NCBI GenBank assembly: GCA_002409785.1
Contig: DHOX01000092.1
Coordinates: forward strand, 39,593 to 103,592
Source: Prevotella sp. UBA5379
Lineage (GTDB): Bacteria > Bacteroidota > Bacteroidia > Bacteroidales > Bacteroidaceae
Reading direction: 5' to 3'
Length of the DNA stretch: 64,000 nucleotides
The translations under genes were made by a program, and so were the position numbers. Shown here one piece after another: positions 20,582 through 30,323 of this stretch. The notes under the pieces are model-generated. The model worked only from the letters and a program-made list of their open reading frames with translations, was not told the origin of the DNA and did no database searches. How positions within the stretch are numbered: the stretch's first letter is position 1; each line of letters opens with the position of its first letter.

Positions 20582-23500
20582 ATGAAAGACGAAAATATCA
20601 AAAAGGTACTGGTCCTTGGTTCCGGAGCGCTGAAGATAGGTGAAGCCGGCGAATTTGATTACTCCGGTTCTCAGGCCTTGAAAGCCCTCAGGGAAGAGGG
20701 TATTGAAACCGTTCTTATCAATCCGAATATCGCAACGGTCCAGACCTCTGAAGGTGTAGCTGATCAGGTTTACTTCCTGCCTATTCAACCCTATTTCGTG
20801 GAACGAGTGATCCAGAAAGAGCACCCGGACTGCATCTTTCTGAGCTTCGGCGGACAGACTGCCCTGAATTGTGGCGTGCAACTTGACCGCAGCGGAGTGC
20901 TGAAGAAATATGGTGTCCGTGTTCTGGGTACTCCTGTCAAAGCCATAATGGATACGGAAGACCGGGAACGCTTCGTGGAACGTCTGAACGAGATTGAGGT
21001 GAAGACGATCAAGAGTGAAGCATGCGAGAATATCCAACAGGCTCGACAAGCTGCCAGAGATGTGGGCTATCCCGTGATTATCCGTGCAGCGTATGCATTG
21101 GGCGGACTGGGCTCCGGTTTTGCTGATAACGAGGAAGAGCTGAATAAGATCGTTGAGAAAGCTTTCTCTTTCTCTCCACAGGTACTGGTAGAGAAAAGCT
21201 TGAAGGGATGGAAGGAAATAGAATATGAAGTGGTCCGTGACCGCTATGATAATTGTATCACTGTGTGTAACATGGAGAATTTTGATCCCTTGGGTATCCA
21301 TACGGGTGAGAGTATTGTCATCGCTCCATCACAGACGTTGTCAAACAGTGAGTATCACAAGCTCCGTGCCCTGTCCATCAAGATTATCCGCCATATCGGG
21401 ATTATCGGCGAATGTAACGTGCAGTATGCTTTTGACCCGAACAGTGAGGACTATCGGGTCATCGAGGTCAATGCCCGTCTGAGCCGTTCATCAGCCCTTG
21501 CTTCTAAGGCGACCGGGTATCCTTTGGCTTTCGTGGCTGCCAAACTCGGGCTGGGATATGGACTTTTTGAATTGAAGAATTCGGTGACAAAGACTACTTC
21601 TGCTTTCTTTGAACCGGCTTTGGACTATGTGGTCTGCAAGATCCCCCGCTGGGATTTAAGTAAGTTCAGGGGGGTCGACCGTGAGCTGGGCTCCAGCATG
21701 AAGTCCGTAGGTGAGGTGATGGCTATCGGCCGCAATTTCGAGGAAGCCATCCAGAAAGGACTCCGCATGATCGGACAAGGAATGCACGGTTTCGTGGAAA
21801 ATAAAGAACTGGTCATTCCGGATATTGACGAGTCGCTGCAGGAACCTACGGATAAACGTATCTTCGTCATCTCAAAGGCAATGCACAAAAACTATACCGT
21901 CGATCAGATACACGGTTTGACTAAGATTGACAAATGGTTTCTCTACAAACTCAAGCATATTATAGATATAGATGAAAGACTGAAGAAGTGTAATATTAAC
22001 ACGCTGGATAAAGAGCTTCTGCGGACAGCAAAGGTTTATGGATTTACAGACTTCCAGATCGCCCGTGCTGTGGGAATGGAAGAAGAGATGTCCATGCATA
22101 AGGCCCAACTGGTCGTCCGTAATCTCAGGAAGAGTTATGGAATCTTGCCAGTCGTCAAGCAGATCGATACCCTTGCTGCTGAATACCCTGCACAGACTAA
22201 CTATCTCTACTTGACTTATAGTGGTGTGAAGAGTGATATTAGTTGGGTTCATGACAAAAGGGCAATTATTGTGCTGGGATCAGGGGCTTACCGCATCGGT
22301 AGTTCTGTGGAATTTGACTGGTGTGGCGTGCAGGCGTTGAATACGATCCGCAAGCAAGGTTATCATTCAGTGATGATCAACTATAATCCGGAAACAGTAT
22401 CGACGGATTATGACATGTGTGACCGGTTGTATTTTGATGAGCTGACCTTTGAAAGGGTGATGGACATCATCGACCTCGAATGTCCCTACGGGGTGATCAT
22501 CTCTACAGGAGGACAGATCCCTAATAATCTGGCCATGCGCCTTGATTCTGTTAATGTCCCTATTCTGGGTACGGCTGCCAAGGATATTGACCGGGCTGAG
22601 GACCGGGCTAAGTTCTCTACCTTGATGAATGACCTGGGGATCAAGCAACCGGAATGGAATGCATTGACCAATATGGAAGATGTCGATCAATTCATACAGA
22701 AGGTGGGATTCCCTGTTCTCGTCCGTCCTTCTTATGTCCTTTCAGGGGCTGCCATGAACGTATGTTCCAATGAAGACGAACTGAAACGGTTCCTCAAGTT
22801 GGCTGCGAATGTCAGTGAAGATCATCCGGTGGTTATCAGTAAATTTATTGAGCATGCCAAGGAGATTGATTTTGATGGTGTTGCCAGAAAAGGAGAGATT
22901 ATGGCGTATGCCATTGGTGAGCATATTGAGTTTGCCGGTGTTCACTCCGGGGATGCCACCATCGTGTTCCCACCGCAGAAACTCTATGTGGAGACCGTGC
23001 GACGCATCAAGCGCGTCAGCCGCCAGATAGCCGCTGCATTGCATATCAATGGTCCCTTTAATGTACAGTATATGGCCCGTGATAACCAGATTCTGGTCAT
23101 AGAGTGTAATCTCCGTGCTTCCCGCTCGTTCCCGTTCCATAGTAAAGTGCTGAAGATCAACTTGATCGAATTGGCAACAAAGATTATGCTGGATGTGCCT
23201 GTCGAGAGGCCTAGCAAGAATCTTTTTGATCTGGACTATATCGGCATCAAGGCCAGTCAGTTTTCCTTTAACCGTCTGCAGAAAGCAGATCCGGTGTTGG
23301 GAGTGGACATGAGTTCGACGGGTGAAGTGGGCTGCCTGGGGGATGATTCCAATACGGCCCTTTTGAAGAGCATGCTTTCCGTAGGGCAACGTATTCCGAA
23401 GAAGAATATATTGCTGTCTACAGGCGATGCAAAGCAGAAAGCAGATATGCTGGATGCAGCCAAACAATTGGTGGAGCATGGCTACCGGCTTTATGCTACG

Positions 23501-23806
23501 GAGGGGACGAGCAAGTATCTTTCCGGCAATGGAGTGGATAATACGATGGTATATTGGCCTTCGGAGAAGGATAAAGAACCGCAGGCTTTATCGATGCTTC
23601 ATCAGAAGAAGATAGATATGGTGGTGAATATTCCTAAGGACCTCACTCCGAAAGAGTTGACGAATGGGTATATGATCCGCCGTGCTGCCATTGACCTGAA
23701 TGTACCTCTGATTACAAACTCCCGGCTGGCTTCAGCTTTCATCAATGCCTTTTGCAGTGTGAAACTTGATGATATAGATATTAAGGCTTGGAGTGAATAT
23801 AAATAA
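20582..23806 (+). CDS. carB: carbamoyl-phosphate synthase large subunit
   Basis: GSGALKIGEAGEFDYSG; duplicated ATP-grasp halves; C-terminal MGS domain. Confidence 0.98.
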   Translation: MKDENIKKVLVLGSGALKIGEAGEFDYSGSQALKALREEGIETVLINPNIATVQTSEGVADQVYFLPIQPYFVERVIQKEHPDCIFLSFGGQTALNCGVQLDRSGVLKKYGVRVLGTPVKAIMDTEDRERFVERLNEIEVKTIKSEACENIQQARQAARDVGYPVIIRAAYALGGLGSGFADNEEELNKIVEKAFSFSPQVLVEKSLKGWKEIEYEVVRDRYDNCITVCNMENFDPLGIHTGESIVIAPSQTLSNSEYHKLRALSIKIIRHIGIIGECNVQYAFDPNSEDYRVIEVNARLSRSSALASKATGYPLAFVAAKLGLGYGLFELKNSVTKTTSAFFEPALDYVVCKIPRWDLSKFRGVDRELGSSMKSVGEVMAIGRNFEEAIQKGLRMIGQGMHGFVENKELVIPDIDESLQEPTDKRIFVISKAMHKNYTVDQIHGLTKIDKWFLYKLKHIIDIDERLKKCNINTLDKELLRTAKVYGFTDFQIARAVGMEEEMSMHKAQLVVRNLRKSYGILPVVKQIDTLAAEYPAQTNYLYLTYSGVKSDISWVHDKRAIIVLGSGAYRIGSSVEFDWCGVQALNTIRKQGYHSVMINYNPETVSTDYDMCDRLYFDELTFERVMDIIDLECPYGVIISTGGQIPNNLAMRLDSVNVPILGTAAKDIDRAEDRAKFSTLMNDLGIKQPEWNALTNMEDVDQFIQKVGFPVLVRPSYVLSGAAMNVCSNEDELKRFLKLAANVSEDHPVVISKFIEHAKEIDFDGVARKGEIMAYAIGEHIEFAGVHSGDATIVFPPQKLYVETVRRIKRVSRQIAAALHINGPFNVQYMARDNQILVIECNLRASRSFPFHSKVLKINLIELATKIMLDVPVERPSKNLFDLDYIGIKASQFSFNRLQKADPVLGVDMSSTGEVGCLGDDSNTALLKSMLSVGQRIPKKNILLSTGDAKQKADMLDAAKQLVEHGYRLYATEGTSKYLSGNGVDNTMVYWPSEKDKEPQALSMLHQKKIDMVVNIPKDLTPKELTNGYMIRRAAIDLNVPLITNSRLASAFINAFCSVKLDDIDIKAWSEYK

Positions 23807-23860
23807 ACTTCCGGTGGGAGGTTCTCAAACTGGACATCAGTGGAGACCTTTGTGCTGAAT

Positions 23861-23904
23861 AAAAAGTCCCCGATAAGTTTTTTTCTTCTTGTCGGGGCTT
23901 TTTT
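23861..23904 (+). terminator. rho-independent terminator after carB
   Basis: AAAAAGTCCCCGATAAG...CTTGTCGGGGCTTTTTT stem with T-tract. Confidence 0.75.
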
Positions 23905-24143
23905 CGTTCCTGTGGGATGGTCAGGACGATAGAAAATCTGCATAAATCTAATTTTATTTAATGATTTGAAATATTTAACTTTCGTTATCAGTTTGCAAAT
24001 CATTGATTCACAGTATATTACAAGATTGTTACAGATGATTCGAAAAAAAGTTCTAAAAAAATGAACGCCGTATTAAAAAAATACTTATCTTTGCAACGTT
24101 TTAATAAACAAATGTTGTTTTACAGATTTAAAAAGCAAAGAAA

Positions 24144-24323
24144 ATGAAGAAATTACTTTTAATGTTCGTAGCTATCGCAGCTATCTCTTTTGCATCTTGT
24201 GGTCACAAAACAGCTAAGGCTCCTGCAAAGGATTCTGACACTGTAGCCGTTGATTCTTCTGCAGCTGACACTACTGCCGCTGATACAACTGCTGCTGATA
24301 CAGCTGCTGCACAGGCTAAGTAA
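24144..24323 (+). CDS. small secreted lipoprotein (59 aa) with Asp-Thr/Ala-rich tail; not in ORF track
   Basis: MKKLLLMFVAIAAISFAS-CGHKTAKAPAKDSDTVAVDSSAADTTAADTTAADTAAAQAK. It has a signal peptide II with lipobox FAS-C, its own promoter (TATCTTTG 24086-24093) and its own terminator. Confidence 0.88.
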   Translation: MKKLLLMFVAIAAISFASCGHKTAKAPAKDSDTVAVDSSAADTTAADTTAADTAAAQAK

Positions 24324-24360
24324 TCAGATTACTTAACGAACTGAAAAATTTAGAGAAACT

Positions 24361-24392
24361 CCGCTGAAGGTTTTACCTTCAGCGGTTTTTTT
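24361..24392 (+). terminator. rho-independent terminator after the small lipoprotein gene
   Basis: Perfect 10-bp stem CCGCTGAAGG/CCTTCAGCGG followed by T7. Confidence 0.85.
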
Positions 24393-24442
24393 GTCCCTAT
24401 AAATTTGTATATTTTGACAACTTGCCGTATCTTTGCATCTAT

Positions 24443-25816
24443 ATGGATACGAGTTTTCTTCAGGGCAAAAAAGCCCTTTATTATACTTTGGGTTGTAAAC
24501 TCAACTTTTCTGAAACATCAACTTTCTCCAAGATACTTCAAGGAAATGGAGTGGTGCCGGTAAAGAAGGGTGAGAAAGCTGATCTATGCCTGATCAATAC
24601 TTGCTCAGTGACTGAGGTGGCTGATCATAAATGCCGTCAGACCATTCATAAGATGGTGCGGGAAAACCCGGATGCTTTTATAGTCGTTACGGGTTGTTAT
24701 GCCCAATTGCAGCCTCGTAAAATAAGTCAGATCAAAGGAGTAGACTTAGTCCTGGGTTCAAACGAGAAATCCAGTTTGCTTGACCGGCTGGCTGAGGCAT
24801 GGCAGGAACGTGCAGCCTTGGATGCAAAGGACCAGAACCCCAATGAGCATCTTCATGCCTTTCACCGTGTGAAGACAAAGGAGATCAAAACATTCCAGCC
24901 CTCTTGCAGCAGAGGTAACCGCACACGTTACTGGTTGAAGGTCCAGGACGGATGTAATTATTTCTGTACCTACTGTACGATTCCTTATGCCCGTGGCTTT
25001 TCGCGGAACCCATCCATTGCTTCACTTGTCGGGCAGGCAGAACAGGCTGTCCATGAGGGAGGGAAGGAAATCGTCCTGACTGGTTGTAATATCGGCGATT
25101 TTGGCGAAACGACCCATGAGTCGTTTCTTGATCTCGTGAAAGCTCTTGACCAGGTAGAAGGTATCAAGCGTTACCGGATCAGTTCTCTGGAGCCTGATCT
25201 CTGTTCGGATGAATTGATTGATTATTGTGCACAGAGCAGAGCCTTTATGCCTCATTTTCATATCCCGTTGCAAAGTGGCTCTGACCAGGTGTTGAGGCTC
25301 ATGCACCGTCGTTATGATCGGGCTCTCTTTGCCCATAAGATCAATTTGATTAAGGCGAAAATGCCCGATTCTTTTATTGGAGTGGATGTTATGGTGGGAT
25401 GCAGGGGAGAACGCCCGGAGTTTTTCGAGGATTGCTATAACTTCCTGGAGAATCTTCCGGTTACCAAACTCCATGTGTTTCCTTACAGCGAACGTCCTGG
25501 TACGTCAGCCCTGGCTATCCCTTACAAGGTCAGTGAAGAAGAGAAGAAAGAGCGTTCCAGGCGTCTTCTTGAACTCAGTGAACAGAAAGAACAGGCTTTT
25601 TATGCTGCCCATATCGGAAAAGATGCTGAAGTATTGTTCGAGAAGTCTGATAAGGGTAAACCTATGCATGGGTTTACAAAAAATTATATCCGTGTAGAAT
25701 TGCCGGCTGAAAAAGCCTGTAAAGAATATGATAATGAATTGATCCAAGTCCGTCTTGGTAATTTTAATAGCGATAAGACAGCCTTAATGGCTGAGGTATA
25801 TGGATTTAATAAATAA
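24443..25816 (+). CDS. mtaB: tRNA t6A37 methylthiotransferase
   Basis: TLGCKLNFSE, NTCSVT, VTGCYAQ, KVQDGCNYFCTYC (CxxxCxxC), HIPLQSGS, HVFPYSERPGT; ATG at 24443. Confidence 0.9.
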   Translation: MDTSFLQGKKALYYTLGCKLNFSETSTFSKILQGNGVVPVKKGEKADLCLINTCSVTEVADHKCRQTIHKMVRENPDAFIVVTGCYAQLQPRKISQIKGVDLVLGSNEKSSLLDRLAEAWQERAALDAKDQNPNEHLHAFHRVKTKEIKTFQPSCSRGNRTRYWLKVQDGCNYFCTYCTIPYARGFSRNPSIASLVGQAEQAVHEGGKEIVLTGCNIGDFGETTHESFLDLVKALDQVEGIKRYRISSLEPDLCSDELIDYCAQSRAFMPHFHIPLQSGSDQVLRLMHRRYDRALFAHKINLIKAKMPDSFIGVDVMVGCRGERPEFFEDCYNFLENLPVTKLHVFPYSERPGTSALAIPYKVSEEEKKERSRRLLELSEQKEQAFYAAHIGKDAEVLFEKSDKGKPMHGFTKNYIRVELPAEKACKEYDNELIQVRLGNFNSDKTALMAEVYGFNK

Positions 25817-25958
25817 GAATTCAGGCGTTGGAGGCATTTCTTGCAGGAGTTAGAGAAATAACCAGGCAAGAACAGACCTTTAAATACTGGTGGCACAGAA
25901 ATCCCATAGAGGTTTCTGGTATTCGAGAGAGCATGAAACATAAATTTTCAAACCATAA

Positions 25959-26987
25959 ATGATGGATAAAATAGCAATTGTTATCCTCAATTGGAATGGG
26001 AGCAGAATGCTGAGCCAATATCTTCCGTCCGTTGTAGAGTATTCACGGATGGATGCTTCTGTCTGGGTAGCTGATAATGCCTCGACTGATGATAGCCTGG
26101 ATTTGCTGAAGGTACAGTTTCCGATGGTCAGAACATTGGTGTTTGATCACAATTATGGTTTTGCAGAAGGGTATAACCGGGCTTTGGAACAGATTAAAGC
26201 CCAATATTATGTACTCTTGAATTCTGATGTGGAAGTTTCTCACCATTGGCTGACCTCGATGGTGGAATATATGGATGTTCATCCGGATGTAGCTGCCTGT
26301 CAGCCGAAAATACTTTCAGAGCGGGATAAGGATTCCTTTGAATATTCCGGCGCCTGTGGCGGATTCCTTGATAAGTATGGCTATCCTTTCTGTCGTGGCC
26401 GTATTTTCAATACCGTCGAAGAAGATAATGGGCAGTATGACTATACCATGAACATCTTCTGGGCTACAGGGGCTTGCCTGATGGTCCGTTCTGAGGATTA
26501 CTGGCGCGTTGGCGGTCTGGACCAGCGCTTTTTCGCCCATAATGAAGAGATTGACATGTGCTGGAGATTTCGTGAGGCAGGTCTCCGGGTAGTCTGTGTT
26601 CCGGAAAGTGAGGTTTATCATGTCGGTGGAGGGACTCTTCCCAAAGGAGATTCGCGGAAAACGTACCTGAATTTTCGCAATAATCTCACCATGCTCTATA
26701 AAAATCTCCCGGATGATGAACTGGGGAAAGTGATGAGAGTACGTTGGTTTCTGGACTATCTGGCAGCTTTTGTGACACTGATCTTTCATCACAACTTCGG
26801 AGATTTTAAGGCAATCTTCCAGGCACGAAGAGCTTATAAGAAATGGAGAAAGGATTTTGACCGGGATCGTGAGCAAATCCGGAAATCACGCGTTCAGGAC
26901 TCTATACCTGAACGTAAGAACTTCTCTATTGTGTGGCAATATTATTTCAAGAGGCATAAGACCTTTGACGAGTTGAATTGTGACTGA
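25959..26987 (+). CDS. glycosyltransferase family 2
   Basis: IVILNWNG, ADNASTD, LLNSD, WATGACL, FFAHNEEIDMCWR. Confidence 0.9.
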   Translation: MMDKIAIVILNWNGSRMLSQYLPSVVEYSRMDASVWVADNASTDDSLDLLKVQFPMVRTLVFDHNYGFAEGYNRALEQIKAQYYVLLNSDVEVSHHWLTSMVEYMDVHPDVAACQPKILSERDKDSFEYSGACGGFLDKYGYPFCRGRIFNTVEEDNGQYDYTMNIFWATGACLMVRSEDYWRVGGLDQRFFAHNEEIDMCWRFREAGLRVVCVPESEVYHVGGGTLPKGDSRKTYLNFRNNLTMLYKNLPDDELGKVMRVRWFLDYLAAFVTLIFHHNFGDFKAIFQARRAYKKWRKDFDRDREQIRKSRVQDSIPERKNFSIVWQYYFKRHKTFDELNCD

Positions 26988-27121
26988 TGGACAAGGCTAG
27001 CCCTGTCCGGAAGGTTGTACGCTAAAGTTGCAGCTCTCTGCCCATGAGGGTAGATTTACACCTCTCTGAGGTGACAGATAGATCTGAAAAAGAATCAAAC
27101 TATTTATAATACTACTAGACG

Positions 27122-28348
27122 ATGAACAGAAAATTGATTTTATGGGGATTGTTGGCTTTGAATGCAATGCCGATATTTGCCCGGAAGACACTGACAGTCA
27201 GGGTCGTGAATCCTTCCAGGCTGGAAAAGACCGATGAACCTGTCATTATTGACTTGCATCAGTATGGAGAAGTGGATTCAGCCACTGTTACTTTTCAAGG
27301 ACAGCAGCAGCCCTATCAACTGGATGATTTGAATCATGATTGCAAATATGATGAACTATGTTTCCTGACGAATTTACAAAAAGGTCAGGAAAAAACTTAT
27401 CAGGTCAACTTATTCGACCATGGCACACCTGAAACTTTCAAGGCCCGCACCTATGCTGAGCTTGTCGTTCCGAGCAAGAACAAAAAACTGGCAAAGAACC
27501 AGCAGGATATTTATCTAAGATGTCTTTCTTTTGATAAGAAAACAAAGGATATTTATCATTTCGTGCATTCCCACGGACTTTGCTTTGAAAGTGAACTCAT
27601 TGCTCTCCGTGTCTATTTTGATAATCGTCAGACCGTTGACGTATACGGAAAAAAGCATAAGCAGCTGGAACTCTTCGATACTCAGTTTTATCCTTCTGCT
27701 GCCCAGTTGGCGCAAGGATATGGAGATGATGATTTGTGGGTGGGAGATACCTACGGTCTTGGGGCCTTACGAGGATGGGACGGTCACCAGGAACGGCTGT
27801 TCGATCACGTGGGCTATCAGGAACAGAGAGTCGTTGCCGAGGGACCTTTACGTGCCATCGTGGAAGTTGTGGACAATGGATGGGTCCCTGCGCCGGGGAT
27901 GAAAATGGTGAATGCAACTATCCGCTATACTATTTATGCAGGTCACCGTGATGTGGATGTGGATGTTTTTTTCGATAGGAATGCCGAGGATGAACATTTT
28001 GCAACCGGACTGATTAATGTGAAGAACTCTACAGAATTCAGTGATCAGAAAGGTCTTCGCGGATGCTATGGAACAGATTGGCCTACTGGCAAGGATGATG
28101 GTGTTCATCATTTGGAGACCGTCGGCCTGGGAATTTATATTCCGGAACAGTACCTGCGGAGGGAAGTGCCGGCAACCTTGAAAGATTATACTGATGTGGT
28201 GAAACCGGTGGGAAACAGTCTCCATTACAAGATCGCTTGCACCAGCAAGAAAGAGGACTTCGGCTTTAAGGATGGCAAGGCATGGTTCACATGGCTGAAA
28301 GATTGGAAGCAGCAGAATTTAAATCCGATTACGGTCACGATTGAGTGA
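27122..28348 (+). CDS. DUF4861 family secreted protein
   Basis: Signal peptide; PYQLDDLN, FESELIALRVYFD, DVYGKK and GPLRAIV motifs recalled for this family. Confidence 0.7.
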   Translation: MNRKLILWGLLALNAMPIFARKTLTVRVVNPSRLEKTDEPVIIDLHQYGEVDSATVTFQGQQQPYQLDDLNHDCKYDELCFLTNLQKGQEKTYQVNLFDHGTPETFKARTYAELVVPSKNKKLAKNQQDIYLRCLSFDKKTKDIYHFVHSHGLCFESELIALRVYFDNRQTVDVYGKKHKQLELFDTQFYPSAAQLAQGYGDDDLWVGDTYGLGALRGWDGHQERLFDHVGYQEQRVVAEGPLRAIVEVVDNGWVPAPGMKMVNATIRYTIYAGHRDVDVDVFFDRNAEDEHFATGLINVKNSTEFSDQKGLRGCYGTDWPTGKDDGVHHLETVGLGIYIPEQYLRREVPATLKDYTDVVKPVGNSLHYKIACTSKKEDFGFKDGKAWFTWLKDWKQQNLNPITVTIE

Positions 28349-28397
28349 TGGCCTTGTATCGGTAAGGTATATACAAAAAAGCAGGAGGACAGATAAC

Positions 28398-29288
28398 ATG
28401 TCAGAATATTATCGTGATTTCGGGAGTTGGATCCGTATGAGATTTCCTTATCGCGTTCAGAAAATTTCCATTGATGCAGGTTTTACTTGTCCTAACCGGG
28501 ATGGAAAAATCTCCCGGGGAGGATGCATCTATTGTAATAACCGGTCTTTCAGTCCTTCTTATTGCGATTACCGAAAAAGCATTACACAGCAGTTGGAAGA
28601 GGGGAAGACCTTTTTCTCACGAAAATATCCGAAGATGAAATTCCTGGCTTATTTCCAGGCTTATACCAATACGTATGATACCCTTGATCATTTGAAAGCT
28701 AAATATGAAGAAGCCCTGAGTGTCAAGGATATTGTAGGGATCGTTATCGGTACACGCCCCGATTGCGTCAGTGATCAATTACTCGATTATCTTGAAGAAC
28801 TCAGCCAGCGTACCTTTCTCATCGTTGAATATGGAATCGAGTCAGCCAATGATGCAACCTTGAAACGGATTAACCGTGGTCATAATTTTGCTTGTACACA
28901 GGAAATGGTACGGAAAACCCATGAGCGGGGTATTCTGACGGGAGGACATATCATCTTGGGCCTTCCCGGTGAGGACCGTGAGGAGAGCCTGAGGCAGGCA
29001 CCCCTTATCTCTTCACTGCCCCTTGATATTCTGAAGATCCATCAACTTCAAATACTGAAAGGCACTCGTTTGGCCGCGGAATATGCCGTACATCCTTTTC
29101 CTGTCTATTCCGTGGAGGAATACATCGATCTTATCATTGATTATATCCATCTTCTCAGGAAGGACCTTATCCTGGAACGATTTGTCAGTCAGTCTCCTAA
29201 AGAGATGCTGATAGCGCCCAGATGGGGACTGAAGAATGATGAATTTGTCAATCTTCTCCATCAGGTCCTTCAAAAAAGAAAAGTTTGA
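28398..29288 (+). CDS. TIGR01212 family radical SAM protein (YhcC-like)
   Basis: DAGFTCPNRDG...GGCIYC, YFQAYTNTY, GTRPDC, KIHQLQI; ATG at 28398. Confidence 0.9.
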   Translation: MSEYYRDFGSWIRMRFPYRVQKISIDAGFTCPNRDGKISRGGCIYCNNRSFSPSYCDYRKSITQQLEEGKTFFSRKYPKMKFLAYFQAYTNTYDTLDHLKAKYEEALSVKDIVGIVIGTRPDCVSDQLLDYLEELSQRTFLIVEYGIESANDATLKRINRGHNFACTQEMVRKTHERGILTGGHIILGLPGEDREESLRQAPLISSLPLDILKIHQLQILKGTRLAAEYAVHPFPVYSVEEYIDLIIDYIHLLRKDLILERFVSQSPKEMLIAPRWGLKNDEFVNLLHQVLQKRKV

Positions 29289-29388
29289 AAAAGGGACGGT
29301 TTTTCAAAGCCGTCAAAACCTGTTTTCAATAGCATTATACGTTGAGGGGATTGCAGAAGATAGGCACGAAAATGCGCCAGTCTGGTCT

Positions 29389-30216
29389 TTAATAGTTACC
29401 ACTGTCATCATCGTCGGCAATATCTTCGGCTTCAATATTCAAGTCTTCCGGATTGGCATCATAAGTTGTGCGGTAGCTCTCTTCCGTGAGTTTGTCATCA
29501 TCAAATTCATCCTCATCCTCATCCGAGTCATTATAATGATCCGTGTTTCCTTGAGTCTTTTCCGTGGTATCCTCCTTTTCGCTTTCCTGTTCTTCTTTCT
29601 TGTCAGGATCCTCAGGCGCTTCGAATTTCATGTGAATTTTTTCCGGTTCCGGTTTTTCCTTGGCAAAGATCGCTTCCACCCATGTTCCCTTTGGAATCTC
29701 CAGCACCTCATAGCCATCCTTGACCTTTTTCTCATAAAGGCCGCCAGATTTATGAAGACGGTCTTTAGGAAGAGTGGTTGTGCTGATATCAAATCCACTT
29801 TCAATAATATCCTGGATACTCTGTGGCAGGCTTTCCCATCCACCTCCGAAATTCCGGTTGAGCACTTCCATCAGTTTGATGGCAGAAATATGATGAATAT
29901 TTTCGTATGTGAGATCAGTGACCCTCAGGATAGGACGTTTTCTGATGGCCCATTTGACCTTCTTGTCATCATTGACACGTACGGTGCCGATTTTATAACC
30001 ATTCGATTCATACTTCTTTATCACCTCTGGTTTGTCGACTTGAATCTCCTCGACGTAAAAGGCACTCCGGATTATATCCAGGTAACGACGCATGTTATCC
30101 TTTAGGTCAGCATCTTTTCCGGCTGATTCCCACATGCGAAAAATATCATTCTCCTGGATGTCCCAAATATTGCTCTTGTTTAATGTCTTTAAAGTTAAAG
30201 TTTTCTCTTTCTTCAT
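29389..30216 (-). CDS. hypothetical protein with internal duplication and acidic C-terminal tail
   Basis: Open frame from ATG at 30216 (MKKEKTLTL...), preceded by a TACTTTTG promoter motif; the last ~75 aa are D/E-rich. Confidence 0.8.
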   Translation of the reverse strand: MKKEKTLTLKTLNKSNIWDIQENDIFRMWESAGKDADLKDNMRRYLDIIRSAFYVEEIQVDKPEVIKKYESNGYKIGTVRVNDDKKVKWAIRKRPILRVTDLTYENIHHISAIKLMEVLNRNFGGGWESLPQSIQDIIESGFDISTTTLPKDRLHKSGGLYEKKVKDGYEVLEIPKGTWVEAIFAKEKPEPEKIHMKFEAPEDPDKKEEQESEKEDTTEKTQGNTDHYNDSDEDEDEFDDDKLTEESYRTTYDANPEDLNIEAEDIADDDDSGNY

Positions 30217-30323
30217 AACCTTATATTTTGGGTGCAAAAGTAATTACTTCGCATTAAAATCCCAAATTTTTCCCGTAGATTTTTTTGCATATCCGCGAGA
30301 TATTTTTTATTTTTGTCTCTTGA

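Noticed and set aside
29236..30105. 289-aa plus-strand ORF rich in Ile/Phe
   Set aside because: Its hydrophobic look is the antisense reading of the Asp/Glu/Lys codons of the real minus-strand gene.
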